Source: the human T2T-CHM13v2.0 reference genome, Homo sapiens. From it: 64,000 bases of DNA. Position 1 is the first letter of the stretch. Each line of letters starts with the position of its first letter. The position numbers and the translations under genes are program-made. Below the pieces are notes generated by a model that searched no databases, was not told where the DNA came from, and saw nothing but the letters and a program-made list of their open reading frames with translations. Where the stretch lies: NCBI RefSeq assembly GCF_009914755.1, contig NC_060948.1; one strand, 5' to 3'. Below, piece after piece: positions 40,239-56,000 of the stretch.

Positions 40239-42299
40239 GGCCTGGAATAAAGTGGAATGCTACGGTCTCGAATGGAATAAAAATGTATGGAATGGAATGC
40301 AATGAAATGGAATCGAATGTCATAGAATGTAATGGAATGCAACAAAATGGAATCCAATATCATTGACTGGAAAGGCTGGGTGTCGAAAGGAATTGACTCC
40401 AATGGAATGGAATCGAATGGAATGGAAGTGAATAGAATCGAACTAAATCGAATGGAATGGAATTGATAGGAACGGAATGGAAAGGAATGCAATGATTTGG
40501 CATGGAATGGAATCGAATGGCATCGAATGGAATGGAATGGAATGCAATGGAATGGAATGTATTAGAATGGAATGAACTTTAATGGAATGTACTCGAATGG
40601 ATTCGACTGGAATGGAATGTTCTGGAAGTGAATGGACTCCAATGGAATGGATTCAAAAGGAATGGAATCGTACGGAATGGAATCTAATGGAATGGAATTA
40701 AATGGAAATGAATCAAATTGAATAGCACGGAATTGAATTGAATGGAATGGAATGCAATGGAATCTAATGAAACGGAAAGGAAAGGAATGGAATGGAATGG
40801 AATGGGCTGGAATGGAAAGGAATCGAAACGAATGGAATGGAATCGAACTGAAGAGACTGGAATGGAATGCACTGGAATGGAAGGGAGTGTAATGGAAGGT
40901 TCTCGAAAAAAATGGAATCGAATGGAATGGAATTGAATGGAACGGAATAGAGTCGAATGGAATTGAATGGAATGGAATGGACTAGAGTGAAATGGAATCG
41001 AACCACAAGGAATGGAGAGGAATAGAATGGTCTCGAATTGAATGGAATCGTATGGAATGGCATCAAACGGAATGGAATGGACAGCCACGGAATGGAATGC
41101 ACTCGAATGCAATGGAGTCGAAACTAATGGACTGGAATAGAATGGACTCGACTGGTACGGACTCCAATGGAATGGAATCGAATGGAAGGGAATCGAACGG
41201 AATGGACTCGAAGGGAAAAGACTGCAATGGAAAGGTCTCGAATGGAATGGAAATTAATGGAATGGAATGGAATCGAATGAAATGGAGTCAAAAGGAATGG
41301 AATCGAATGGCAAGAAATCGAATGTAATGGAATCGCAAGGAATTGATGTGAACGGAACGGAATGGAATGGAATCCAAAGGAATGGAATAGAATGGAATGG
41401 AATCGAATGGAAAGGACTAGAATGGAAATCACTCGAATAGAATGCAATTTAATAAAATAGGATCAAATGTAATGGAATGGAATGGAAAGGAATCGAAACG
41501 AAAGGAATGGAGACAGATGGAATGGAATGGAACAGAGAGGAATGGTATAGAATGGAATGGAATCATCTGGAATGGAATTGAATGGAATGGAATAATATGA
41601 AATGGAATGGAATAGAATGGAATGGAATGCCCTTGAATTAAATGGACTGGAATGGAATGGACTCGAACAGAGTGGAATGGAAAGTGTTGAGATAGAATGG
41701 AATGGACTCCTTTGGAATGGTCTAGTATGCAATGCAATCGACTGGCAGGGAATCAAAAGGAATGTAATGGAATGGATTGGACTGGAATGCAATGGACAGG
41801 AATAGATTGGAAACGGAATGCAAAGGAATGGAATGGAATAGTATGGAATGGAATGGAAAGGAATGGAGTGGAATAGACTAGAGTGCAATGCAATGGACTG
41901 GAAAGCACTGGACTGGAATGGAACTTTCTTGAATGGACTGGAATCAAACGGAATGGAATGCAATGCAATCAAATGGCATGGAATAAAATAGAATGAAAGA
42001 GAATCAAATGGAATTGAATCGAATGGAATCGAATGGATTGGAAAGGAATAGAATGGAATGGAATGGAATTCACTCAAATGGAATGGACTAGAATGGAATG
42101 GATTCGAATGGAAGGCAAAGGAATGGAATCTATTGGAATGGACTGTAATGGAATGGAATGGAATTGAATGGAATGGGAACGAATGGAGTGAAATTGTATG
42201 CAGTAGAAGGGAATAGAATGGAATGCAAGCAAAAGGAAAGGAATGGATTGGAATGGAATGGAATTCATTGGAATGGAAGGGAATGTAGTGTAATGGACA
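40239..42299 (+). repeat. Internally deleted monomer, 2061 bp (copy 2)
   Basis: Identical junction at 42151-42163; HaeIII-to-HaeIII spacing is 2061. Confidence 0.95.
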
Positions 42300-45200
42300 G
42301 GCCTGGAATAAAGTGGAATGCTACGGTCTCGAATGGAATAAAAATGTATGGAATGGAATGCAATGAAATGGAATCGAATGTCATAGAATGTAATGGAATG
42401 CAACAAAATGGAATCCAATATCATTGACTGGAAAGGCTGGGTGTTGAAAGGAATTGACTCCAATGGAATGGAATCGAATGGAATGGAAGTGAATAGAATC
42501 GAACTAAATCGAATGGAATGGAATTGATAGGAACGGAATGGAAAGGAATGCAATGATTTGGCATGGAATGGAATCGAATGGCATCGAATGGAATGGAATG
42601 GAATGCAATGGAATGGAATGTATTAGAATGTAATGAACTTTAATGGAATGTACTCGAATGGATTCGACTGGAATGGAATGTTCTGGAAGTGAATGGACTC
42701 CAATGGAATGGATTCAAAAGGAATGGAATCGTACGGAATGGAATCTAATGGAATGGAATTAAATGGAAATGAATCAAATTGAATAGCACGGAATTGAATT
42801 GAATGGAATGGAATGCAATGGAATCTAATGAAACGGAAAGGAAAGGAATGGAATGGAATGGAATGGGCTGGAATGGAAAGGAATCGAAACGAATGGAATG
42901 GAATCGAACTGAAGAGACTGGAATGGAATGCACTGGAATGGAAGGGAGTGTAATGGAAGGTTCTCGAAAAAAATGGAATGGAATGGAATGGAATTGAATG
43001 GAACGGAATAGAGTCGAATGGAATTGAATGGAATGGAATGGACTAGAGTGAAATGGAATCGAACCACAAGGAATGGACAGGAATAGAATGGTCTCGAATT
43101 GAATGGAATCGTATGGAATGGCATCAAACGGAATGGAATGGACAGCCACGGAATGGAATGCACTCGAATGCAATGGAGTCGAAACTAATGGACTGGAATA
43201 GAATGGACTCGACTGGTACGGACTCCAATGGAATGGAATCGAATGGAAGGGAATCGAACGGAATGGACTCGAAGGGAAAAGACTGCAATGGAAAGGTCTC
43301 GAATGGAATGGAAATTAATGGAATGGAATGGAATCGAATGAAATGGAGTCAAAAGGAATGGAATCGAATGGCAAGAAATCGAATGTAATGGAATCGCAAG
43401 GAATTGATGTGAACGGAACGGAATGGAATGGAATCCAAAGGAATGGAATAGAATGGAATGGAATCGAATGGAAAGGACTCGAATGGCAATCACTCGAATA
43501 GAATGCAATTTAATAAAATAGGATCAAATGTAATGGAATGGAATGGAAAGGAATCGAAACGAAAGGAATGGAGACAGATGGAATGGAATGGAACAGAGAG
43601 CAATGGTATAGAATGGAATGGAATCATCTGGAATGGAATTGAATGGAATGGAATAATATGAAATGGAATGGAATGGAATGGAATGGAATGGAATGGAATG
43701 GAATGGAATGCCCTTGAATTAAATGGACTGGAATGGAATGGACTCGAACAGAGTGGAATGGAAAGTGTTGAGATAGAATGGAATGGACTCCTTTGGAATG
43801 GTCTAGTATGCAATGCAATCGACTGGCAGGGAATCAAAAGGAATGTAATCGAATGGATTGGACTGGAATGCAATGGACTCGAATAGATTGGAAACGGAAT
43901 GCAAAGGAATGGAATGGAATAGTATGGAATGGAATGGAAAGGAATGGAGTGGAATAGACTAGAGTGGAATGGAATGGACTGGAAAGCAATGGACTGGAAT
44001 GGAACTTTCTTGAATGGACTGGAATCAAACGGAATGGAATGCAATGCAATCAAATGGCATGGAATAAAATAGAATGAAAGAGAATCAAATGGAATTGAAT
44101 CGAATGGAATCGAATGGATTGGAAAGGAATAGAATGGAATGGAATGGAATGGACTCAAATGGAATGGACTAGAATGGAATGGATTCGAATGGAAGGCAAA
44201 GGAATGGAATCTATTGGAATGGACTGTAATTGAATGGAATGGAAGGGATTGGAATGGACTCGAATAGAATGGACTGCAATAGAAAGGATTCGAATGGAAT
44301 GAAAAAGAATTGAATGGAATAGAACAGAATGGAATCAAATCGAATGAAATGGAATGGAATAGAAAGGAATGGAATGAAATGGAATGGAAAGGATTCGAAT
44401 GGAATGCAATCGAATGGAATGGAATCGAACGGAATGGAATAAAATGGAAGAAAACTGGCAAGAAATGGAATCGAAATGAATGGAGTGTTATGGAACGGAC
44501 TCAAAAGGAATTGAATGTAATAGAATGGAGTGGAGTGGACTCGAATATAATGGACTGGAATGGAATGAAATCACATGGAATGGGAACGAATGGAATGGAA
44601 TGGAAAGGAATGGAATCGAATGGAAAGGAATCGAATGGAAGGGAATGAAATTGAATCAACAGGAATGGAAGGGAATAGAATAGACGGTAATGGAATGGAC
44701 TCGAATAGAATGGACACGAATGCTCAAATTGAATGGACTCGAATGGAATGGAAACGAAAGGAATGTCATCGAATGGAATTGAATCGATTGGAATGAAATC
44801 GCATAGAATGGAGTGGAATCAAATGGAATTGAATCGAAAGGAAAGGAAGCGAATGGACTGAAATGAAATGGAATGGAATTGAATGGAAAGTAATGCAATG
44901 GAATAGAATGGAACGAAATTTCACGGAATGGAATCAAACTGAATGGAATCAAATCAATGGAATCTAATCAAATGAAATGGAAAGGAATTGAATGGAGTAG
45001 ATTGGATTGGATGGGATTGGAATGAAATGTACTGGAAAGGACTCGAATTTCATGAAACGGAATGGAATGAATTGGAACGGAATGGACTCGAATGGAATGG
45101 AATGTCATGGAATGGCATCAAATGGAATGGCATCAAATGGAATGGAATCGAATGCAATGGAATGCTATGGAATGGAATGGAATGCATTGGAATGGAATGT

Positions 45201-45903
45201 CCTCTAATGGAATGGATTCGAGTGGAATGGAATCGAATATAATGGAGTCGAATGAAATGGAATTGAAAGGAATGGGATCGAATACAATGGAATATACTGG
45301 AATGTAATGTAATGAACTCGAATGTAATTGACTGGAATGGAATGTACATGAATGGAAGGTAATCGAATGGAAAGTAATCCAATGGAATAGAATCTAATGC
45401 AATAAAACCGACTCAGATAGAGTAGAATGTAATGGAATGGAGTGCAGTGCAATGGAATGGAATGGAATTGAATGCAATGGAATGGAATGGAATGTAATGT
45501 AATGGAATGGAATGGAATGGAATGGAATGGAATGGAATGGGATGGAATGGTATGGAATGGATAGTAATGGACTGGAGTGAAATGGACTGGAAAGGAATGG
45601 ACTCAAATTGAAAGGGCTCGAAAGGAATGGAGTCAAATGGAATGGTCTGGAATGGAATGAACACGAATGTAATGCAATCCAATAGAATGGAATCGAATGG
45701 CATGGAATATAAAGAAATGGATTCGAAGAGAATGGAAACAAATGGAATGGAATTGAATGGAATGGAATTGAATGGAATGGGAACGAATGGAGTGAAATTG
45801 TATGCAGTAGAAGGGAATAGAAAGGAATGCAAGCGAAAGGAAAGGAATGGATTGGAATGGAATGGAATTCATTGGAATGGAAGGGAATGTAGTGTAATGG
45901 ACA

Positions 45904-47964
45904 GGCCTGGAATAAAGTGGAATGCTACGGTCTCGAATGGAATAAAAATGTATGGAATGGAATGCAATGAAATGGAATCGAATGTCATAGAATGTAATGG
46001 AATGCAACAAAATGGAATCCAATATCATTGACTGGAAAGGCTGGGTGTCGAAAGGAATTGACTCCAATGGAATGGAATCGAATGGAATGGAAGTGAATAG
46101 AATCGAACTAAATCGAATGGAATGGAATTGATAGGAACGGAATGGAAAGGAATGCAATGATTTGGCATGGAATGGAATCGAATGGCATCGAATGGAATGG
46201 AATGGAATGCAATGGAATGGAATGTATTAGAATGGAATGAACTTTAATGGAATGTACTCGAATGGATTCGACTGGAATGGAATGTTCTGGAAGTGAATGG
46301 ACTCCAATGGAATGGATTCAAAAGGAATGGAATCGTACGGAATGGAATCTAATGGAATGGAATTAAATGGAAATGAATCAAATTGAATAGCACGGAATTG
46401 AATTGAATGGAATGGAATGCAATGGAATCTAATGAAACGGAAAGGAAAGGAATGGAATGGAATGGAATGGGCTGGAATGGAAAGGAATCGAAACGAATGG
46501 AATGGAATCGAACTGAAGAGACTGGAATGGAATGCACTGGAATGGAAGGGAGTGTAATGGAAGGTTCTCGAAAAAAATGGAATCGAATGGAATGGAATTG
46601 AATGGAACGGAATAGAGTCGAATGGAATTGAATGGAATGGAATGGACTAGAGTGAAATGGAATCGAACCACAAGGAATGGAGAGGAATAGAATGGTCTCG
46701 AATTGAATGGAATCGTATGGAATGGCATCAAACGGAATGGAATGGACAGCCACGGAATGGAATGCACTCGAATGCAATGGAGTCGAAACTAATGGACTGG
46801 AATAGAATGGACTCGACTGGTACGGACTCCAATGGAATGGAATCGAATGGAAGGGAATCGAACGGAATGGACTCGAAGGGAAAAGACTGCAATGGAAAGG
46901 TCTCGAATGGAATGGAAATTAATGGAATGGAATGGAATCGAATGAAATGGAGTCAAAAGGAATGGAATCGAATGGCAAGAAATCGAATGTAATGGAATCG
47001 CAAGGAATTGATGTGAACGGAACGGAATGGAATGGAATCCAAAGGAATGGAATAGAATGGAATGGAATCGAATGGAAAGGACTAGAATGGAAATCACTCG
47101 AATAGAATGCAATTTAATAAAATAGGATCAAATGTAATGGAATGGAATGGAAAGGAATCGAAACGAAAGGAATGGAGACAGATGGAATGGAATGGAACAG
47201 AGAGCAATGGTATAGAATGGAATGGAATCATTTGGAATGGAATTGAATGGAATGGAATAATATGAAATGGAATGGAATAGAATGGAATGGAATGCCCTTG
47301 AATTAAATGGACTGGAATGGAATGGACTCGAACAGAGTGGAATGGAAAGTGTTGAGATAGAATGGAATGGACTCCTTTGGAATGGTCTAGTATGCAATGC
47401 AATCGACTGGCAGGGAATCAAAAGGAATGTAATGGAATGGATTGGACTGGAATGCAATGGACAGGAATAGATTGGAAACGGAATGCAAAGGAATGGAATG
47501 GAATAGTATGGAATGGAATGGAAAGGAATGGAGTGGAATAGACTAGAGTGGAATGCAATGGACTGGAAAGCAATGGACTGGAATGGAACTTTCTTGAATG
47601 GACTGGAATCAAACGGAATGGAATGCAATGCAATCAAATGGCATGGAATAAAATAGAATGAAAGAGAATCAAATGGAATTGAATCGAATGGAATCGAATG
47701 GATTGGAAAGGAATAGAATGGAATGGAATGGAATTCACTCAAATGGAATGGACTAGAATGGAATGGATTCGAATGGAAGGCAAAGGAATGGAATCTATTG
47801 GAATGGACTGTAATGGAATGGAATGGAATTGAATGGAATGGGAACGAATGGAGTGAAATTGTATGCAGTAGAAGGGAATAGAATGGAATGCAAGCAAAAG
47901 GAAAGGAATGGATTGGAATGGAATGGAATTCATTGGAATGGAAGGGAATGTAGTGTAATGGACA
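45904..47964 (+). repeat. Internally deleted monomer, 2061 bp (copy 3)
   Basis: Identical junction at 47816-47828; HaeIII-to-HaeIII spacing is 2061. Confidence 0.95.
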
Positions 47965-50900
47965 GGCCTGGAATAAAGTGGAATGCTACGGTCTCGAATG
48001 GAATAAAAATGTATGGAATGGAATGCAATGAAATGGAATCGAATGTCATAGAATGTAATGGAATGCAACAAAATGGAATCCAATATCATTGACTGGAAAG
48101 GCTGGGTGTTGAAAGGAATTGACTCCAATGGAATGGAATCGAATGGAATGGAAGTGAATAGAATCGAACTAAATCGAATGGAATGGAATTGATAGGAACG
48201 GAATGGAAAGGAATGCAATGATTTGGCATGGAATGGAATCGAATGGCATCGAATGGAATGGAATGGAATGCAATGGAATGGAATGTATTAGAATGTAATG
48301 AACTTTAATGGAATGTACTCGAATGGATTCGACTGGAATGGAATGTTCTGGAAGTGAATGGACTCCAATGGAATGGATTCAAAAGGAATGGAATCGTACG
48401 GAATGGAATCTAATGGAATGGAATTAAATGGAAATGAATCAAATTGAATAGCATGGAATTGAATTGAATGGAATGGAATGCAATGGAATCTAATGAAACG
48501 GAAAGGAAAGGAATGGAATGGAATGGAATGGGCTGGAATGGAAAGGAATCGAAACGAATGGAATGGAATCGAACTGAAGAGACTGGAATGGAATGCACTG
48601 GAATGGAAGGGAGTGTAATGGAAGGTTCTCGAAAAAAATGGAATGGAATGGAATGGAATTGAATGGAACGGAATAGAGTCGAATGGAATTGAATGGAATG
48701 GAATGGACTAGAGTGAAATGGAATCGAACCACAAGGAATGGACAGGAATAGAATGGTCTCGAATTGAATGGAATCGTATGGAATGGCATCAAACGGAATG
48801 GAATGGACAGCCACGGAATGGAATGCACTCGAATGCAATGGAGTCGAAACTAATGGACTGGAATAGAATGGACTCGACTGGTACGGACTCCAATGGAATG
48901 GAATCGAATGGAAGGGAATCGAACGGAATGGACTCGAAGGGAAAAGACTGCAATGGAAAGGTCTCGAATGGAATGGAAATTAATGGAATGGAATGGAATC
49001 GAATGAAATGGAGTCAAAAGGAATGGAATCGAATGGCAAGAAATCGAATGTAATGGAATCGCAAGGAATTGATGTGAACGGAACGGAATGGAATGGAATC
49101 CAAAGGAATGGAATAGAATGGAATGGAATCGAATGGAAAGGACTCGAATGGCAATCACTCGAATAGAATGCAATTTAATAAAATAGGATCAAATGTAATG
49201 GAATGGAATGGAAAGGAATCGAAACGAAAGGAATGGAGACAGATGGAATGGAATGGAACAGAGAGCAATGGTATAGAATGGAATGGAATCATCTGGAATG
49301 GAATTGAATGGAATGGAATAATATGAAATGGAATGGAATGGAATGGAATGGAATGCCCTTGAATTAAATGGACTGGAATGGAATGGACTCGAACAGAGTG
49401 GAATGGAAAGTGTTGAGATAGAATGGAATGGACGCCTTTGGAATGGTCTAGTATGCAATGCAATCGACTGGCAGGGAATCAAAAGGAATGTAATCGAATG
49501 GATTGGACTGGAATGCAATGGACTCGAATAGATTGGAAACGGAATGCAAAGGAATGGAATGGAATAGTATGGAATGGAATGGAAAGGAATGGAGTGGAAT
49601 AGACTAGAGTGGAATGGAATGGACTGGAAAGCAATGGACTGGAATGGAACTTTCTTGAATGGACTGGAATCAAACGGAATGGAATGCAATGCAATCAAAT
49701 GGCATGGAATAAAATAGAATGAAAGAGAATCAAATGGAATTGAATCGAATGGAATCGAATGGATTGGAAAGGAATAGAATGGAATGGAATGGAATGGACT
49801 CAAATGGAATGGACTAGAATGGAATGGATTCGAATGGAAGGCAAAGGAATGGAATCTATTGGAATGGACTGTAATTGAATGGAATGGAAGGGATTGGAAT
49901 GGACTCGAATAGAATGGACTGCAATAGAAAGGATTCGAATGGAATGAAAAAGAATTGAATGGAATAGAACAGAATGGAATCAAATCGAATGAAATGGAAT
50001 GGAATAGAAAGGAATGGAATGAAATGGAATGGAAAGGATTCGAATGGAATGCAATCGAATGGAATGGAATCGAACGGAATGGAATAAAATGGAAGAAAAC
50101 TGGCAAGAAATGGAATCGAAATGAATGGAGTGTTATGGAACGGACTCAAAAGGAATTGAATGTAATAGAATGGAGTGGAGTGGACTCGAATATAATGGAC
50201 TGGAATGGAATGAAATCACATGGAATGGGAACGAATGGAATGGAATGGAAAGGAATGGAATCGAATGGAAAGGAATCGAATGGAAGGGAATGAAATTGAA
50301 TCAACAGGAATGGAAGGGAATAGAATAGACGGTAATGGAATGGACTCGAATAGAATGGACACGAATGCTCAAATTGAATGGACTCGAATGGAATGGAAAC
50401 GAAAGGAATGTCATCGAATGGAATTGAATCGATTGGAATGAAATCGCATAGAATGGAGTGGAATCAAATGGAATTGAATCGAAAGGAAAGGAAGCGAATG
50501 GACTGAAATGAAATGGAATGGAATTGAATGGAAAGTAATGCAATGGAATAGAATGGAACGAAATTTCACGGAATGGAATCAAACTGAATGGAATCAAATC
50601 AATGGAATCTAATCAAATGGAATGGAAAGGAATTGAATGGAGTAGATTGGATTGGATGGGATTGGAATGAAATGTACTGGAAAGGACTCGAATTTCATGA
50701 AACGGAATGGAATGAATTGGAACGGAATGGACTCGAATGGAATGGAATGTCATGGAATGGCATCAAATGGAATGGCATCAAATGGAATGGAATCGAATGC
50801 AATGGAATGCTATGGAATGGAATGGAATGCATTGGAATGGAATGTCCTCTAATGGAATGGATTCGAGTGGAATGGAATCGAATATAATGGAGTCGAATGA

Positions 50901-53099
50901 AATGGAATTGAAAAGAATGGGATCGAATACAATGGAATATACTGGAATGTAATGTAATGAACTCGAATGTAATTGACTGGAATGGAATGTACATGAATGG
51001 AAGGTAATCGAATGGAAAGTAATCCAATGGAATAGAATCTAATGCAATAAAACCGACTCAGATAGAGTAGAATGTAATGGAATGGAGTGCAGTGCAATGG
51101 AATGGAATGGAATTGAATGCAATGGAATGGAATGGAATGTAATGGAATGGAATGGAATGGAATGGAATGGAATGGAATGGGATGGAATGGTATGGAATGG
51201 ATAGTAATGGACTGGAGTGAAATGGACTGGAAAGGAATGGACTCAAATTGAAAGGGCTCGAAAGGAATGGAGTCAAATGGAATGGTCTGGAATGGAATGA
51301 ACACGAATGTAATGCAATCCAATAGAATGGAATCGAATGGCATGGAATATAAAGAAATGGATTCGAAGAGAATGGAAACAAATGGAATGGAATTGAATGG
51401 AATGGAATTGAATGGAATGGGAACGAATGGAGTGAAATTGTATGCAGTAGAAGGGAATAGAAAGGAATGCAAGCGAAAGGAAAGGAATGGATTGGAATGG
51501 AATGGAATTCATTGGAATGGAAGGGAATGTAGTGTAATGGACAGGCCTGGAATAAAGTGGAATGCTACGGTCTCGAATGGAATAAAAATGTATGGAATGG
51601 AATGCAATGAAATGGAATCGAATGTCATAGAATGTAATGGAATGCAACAAAATGGAATCCAATATCATTGACTGGAAAGGCTGGGTGTCGAAAGGAATTG
51701 ACTCCAATGGAATGGAATCGAATGGAATGGAAGTGAATAGAATCGAACTAAATCGAATGGAATGGAATTGATAGGAACGGAATGGAAAGGAATGCAATGA
51801 TTTGGCATGGAATGGAATCGAATGGCATCGAATGGAATGGAATGGAATGCAATGGAATGGAATGTATTAGAATGGAATGAACTTTAATGGAATGTACTCG
51901 AATGGATTCGACTGGAATGGAATGTTCTGGAAGTGAATGGACTCCAATGGAATGGATTCAAAAGGAATGGAATCGTACGGAATGGAATCTAATGGAATGG
52001 AATTAAATGGAAATGAATCAAATTGAATAGCACGGAATTGAATTGAATGGAATGGAATGCAATGGAATCTAATGAAACGGAAAGGAAAGGAATGGAATGG
52101 AATGGAATGGGCTGGAATGGAAAGGAATCGAAACGAATGGAATGGAATCGAACTGAAGAGACTGGAATGGAATGCACTGGAATGGAAGGGAGTGTAATGG
52201 AAGGTTCTCGAAAAAAATGGAATCGAATGGAATGGAATTGAATGGAACGGAATAGAGTCGAATGGAATTGAATGGAATGGAATGGACTAGAGTGAAATGG
52301 AATCGAACCACAAGGAATGGAGAGGAATAGAATGGTCTCGAATTGAATGGAATCGTATGGAATGGCATCAAACGGAATGGAATGGACAGCCACGGAATGG
52401 AATGCACTCGAATGCAATGGAGTCGAAACTAATGGACTGGAATAGAATGGACTCGACTGGTACGGACTCCAATGGAATGGAATCGAATGGAAGGGAATCG
52501 AACGGAATGGACTCGAAGGGAAAAGACTGCAATGGAATGGTCTCGAATGGAATGGAAATTAATGGAATGGAATGGAATCGAATGAAATGGAGTCAAAAGG
52601 AATGGAATCGAATGGCAAGAAATCGAATGTAATGGAATCGCAAGGAATTGATGTGAACGGAACGGAATGGAATGGAATCCAAAGGAATGGAATAGAATGG
52701 AATGGAATCGAATGGAAAGGACTCGAATGGAAATCACTCGAATAGAATGCAATTTAATAAAATAGGATCAAATGTAATGGAATGGAATGGAAAGGAATCG
52801 AAACGAAAGGAATGGAGACAGATGGAATGGAATAGAACAGAGAGCAATGGTATAGAATGGAATGGAATCATCTGGAATGGAATTGAATGGAATGGAATAA
52901 TATGAAATGGAATGGAATGGAATGGAATGGAATGCCCTTGAATTAAATGGACTGGAATGGAATGGACTCGAACAGAGTGGAATGGAAAGTGTTGAGATAG
53001 AATGGAATGGACTCCTTTGGAATGGTCTAGTATGCAATGCAATCGACTGGCAGGGAATCAAAAGGAATGTAATCGAATGGATTGGACTGGAATGCAATG

Positions 53100-56000
53100 G
53101 ACTCGAATAGATTGCAAACGGGATGCAAAGGAATGGAATGGAATAGTATGGAATGGAATGGAAAGGAATGGAGTGGAATAGACTAGAGTGGAATGGAATG
53201 GACTGGAAAGCAATGGACTGGAATGGAACTTTCTTGAATGGACTGGAATCAAACGGAATGGAATGCAGTGCAATCAAATGGCATGGAATAAAATAGAATG
53301 AAAGAGAATCAAATGGAATTGAATCGAATGGAATCGAATGGATTGGAAAGGAATAGAATGGAATGGAATGGAATGGACTCAAATGGAATGGACTAGAATG
53401 GAATGGATTCGAATGGAAGGCAAAGGAATGGAATCTATTGGAATGGACTGTAATGGAATGGAATGGAAGGGATTGGAATGGACTCGAATGGAATGGACTG
53501 CAATAGAAAGGATTCGAATGGAATGAAAAAGAATTGAATGGAATAGAACAGAATGGAATCAAATCGAATGAAATGGAATGGAATAGAAAGGAATGGAATG
53601 AAATGGAATGGAAAGGATTCGAATGGAATGCAATCGAATGGAATGGAATCGAACGGAATGGAATAAAATGGAAGAAAACTGGCAAGAAATGGAATCGAAA
53701 TGAATGGAGTGTTATGGAACGGACTCAAAAGGAATTGAATGTAATAGAATGGAGTGGAGTGGACTCGAATATAATGGACTGGAATGGAATGAAATCACAG
53801 GAATGGGAACGAATGGAATGGAATGGAAAGGAATGGAATCGAATGGAAAGGAATCGAATGGAAGGGAATGAAATTGAATCAACAGGAATGGAAGGGAATA
53901 GAATAGACGGTAATGGAATGGACTCGAATAGAATGGACACGAATGCTCAAATTGAATGGACTCGAATGGAATGGAAACGAAAGGAATGTCATCGAATGGA
54001 ATTGAATCGATTGGAATGAAATCGCATAGAATGGAGTGGAATCAAATGGAATTGAATCGAAAGGAAAGGAAGCGAATGGACTGAAATGAAATGGAATGGA
54101 ATTGAATGGAAAGTAATGCAATGGAATAGAATGGAACGAAATTTCACGGAATGGAATCAAACTGAATGGAATCAAATCAATGGAATCTAATCAAATGGAA
54201 TGGAAAGGAATTGAATGGAGTAGATTGGATTGGATGGGATTGGAATGAAATGTACTGGAAAGGACTCGAATTTCATGAAACGGAATGGAATGAATTGGAA
54301 CGGAATGGACTCGAATGGAATGGAATGTCATGGAATGGCATCAAATGGAATGGCATCAAATGGAATGGAATCGAATGCAATGGAATGCTATGGAATGGAA
54401 TGGAATGCATTGGAATGGAATGTCCTCTAATGGAATGGATTCGAGTGGAATGGAATCGAATATAATGGAGTCGAATGAAATGGAATTGAAAGGAATGGGA
54501 TCGAATACAATGGAATATACTGGAATGTAATGTAATGAACTCGAATGTAATTGACTGGAATGGAATGTACATGAATGGAATGTAATCGAATGGAAAGTAA
54601 TCCAATGGAATAGAATCTAATGCAATAAAATCGACTCAGATAGAGTAGCATGTAATGGAATGGAGTGCAGTGCAATGGAATGGAATGGAATGGAATGCAA
54701 TGGAATGGAATGGAATGGAATGGAATGGAATGGAATGGAATGGAATGGAATGGGATGGGATGGAATGGTATGGAATGGATAGTAATGGACTGGAGTGAAA
54801 TGGACTGGAAAGGAATGGACTCAAATTGAAAGGGCTCGAAAGGAATGGAGTCAAATGGAATGGTCTGGAATGGAATGAACACGAATGTAATGCAATCCAA
54901 TAGAATGGAATCGAATGGCATGGAATATAAAGAAATGGAATCGGAGAGAATGGAAACAAATGGAATGGAATTGAATGGAATGGAATTGAATGGAATGGGA
55001 ACGAATGGAGTGAAATTGTATGCAGTAGAAGGGAATAGAATGGTATGCAAGCAAAAGGAAAGGAATGGATTGGAATGGAATGGAATTCATTGGAATGGAA
55101 GGGAATGTAGTGTAATGGACAGGCCTGGAATAAAGTGGAATGCTACGGTCTCGAATGGAATAAAAATGTATGGAATGGAATGCAATGAAACGGAATCGAA
55201 TGTCATAGAATGTAATGGAATGCAACAAAATGGAATCCAATATCATTGACTGGAAAGGCTGGGTGTCGAAAGGAATTGACTCCAATGGAATGGAATCGAA
55301 TGGAATGGAAGTGAATAGAATCGAACTAAATCGAATGGAATGGAATTGATAGGAACGGAATGGAAAGGAATGCAATGATTTGGCATGGAATGGAATCGAA
55401 TGGCATCGAATGGAATGGAATGGAATGCAATGGAATGGAATGTATTAGAATGGAATGAACTTTAATGGAATGTACTCGAATGGATTCGACTGGAATGGAA
55501 TGTTCTGGAAGTGAATGGACTCCAATGGAATGGATTCCAAAGGAATGGAATCGTACGGAATGGAATCTAATGGAATGGAATTAAATGGAAATGAATCAAA
55601 TTGAATAGCACGGAATTGAATTGAATGGAATGGAATGCAATGGAATCTAATGAAACGGAAAGGAAAGGAATGGAATGGAATGGAATGGGCTGGAATGGAA
55701 AGGAATCGAAACGAATGGAATGGAATCGAACTGAAGAGACTGGAATGGAATGCACTGGAATGGAAGGGAGTGTAATGGAAGGTTCTCGAAAAAAATGGAA
55801 TCGAATGGAATGGAATTGAATGGAACGGAATAGAGTCGAATGGAATTGAATGGAATGGAATGGACTAGAGTGAAATGGAATCGAACCACAAGGAATGGAC
55901 AGGAATAGAATGGTCTCGAATTGAATGGAATCGTATGGAATGGCATCAAACGGAATGGAATGGACAGCCACGGAATGGAATGCACTCGAATGCAATGGAG

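Larger units (their letters stand above)
35400..52700 (+). repeat. ~5.65 kb higher-order repeat (deleted + full-length monomer), three tandem copies; edges known to within ~400 bp
   Basis: Periods are 5645, 5665 and 5640. Private variants repeated three times: GGACTAGAATGGAAATCAC (~35770, ~41415, ~47080), GGGTGTTGAA (~36794, ~42439, ~48104), GTAATTGAAT (38571, ~44226, 49871), GGAAGGTAATCG (~39700, ~45355, ~51000) and GGAGAGGAATAG (~41014, ~46680, ~52320). Confidence 0.9.
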
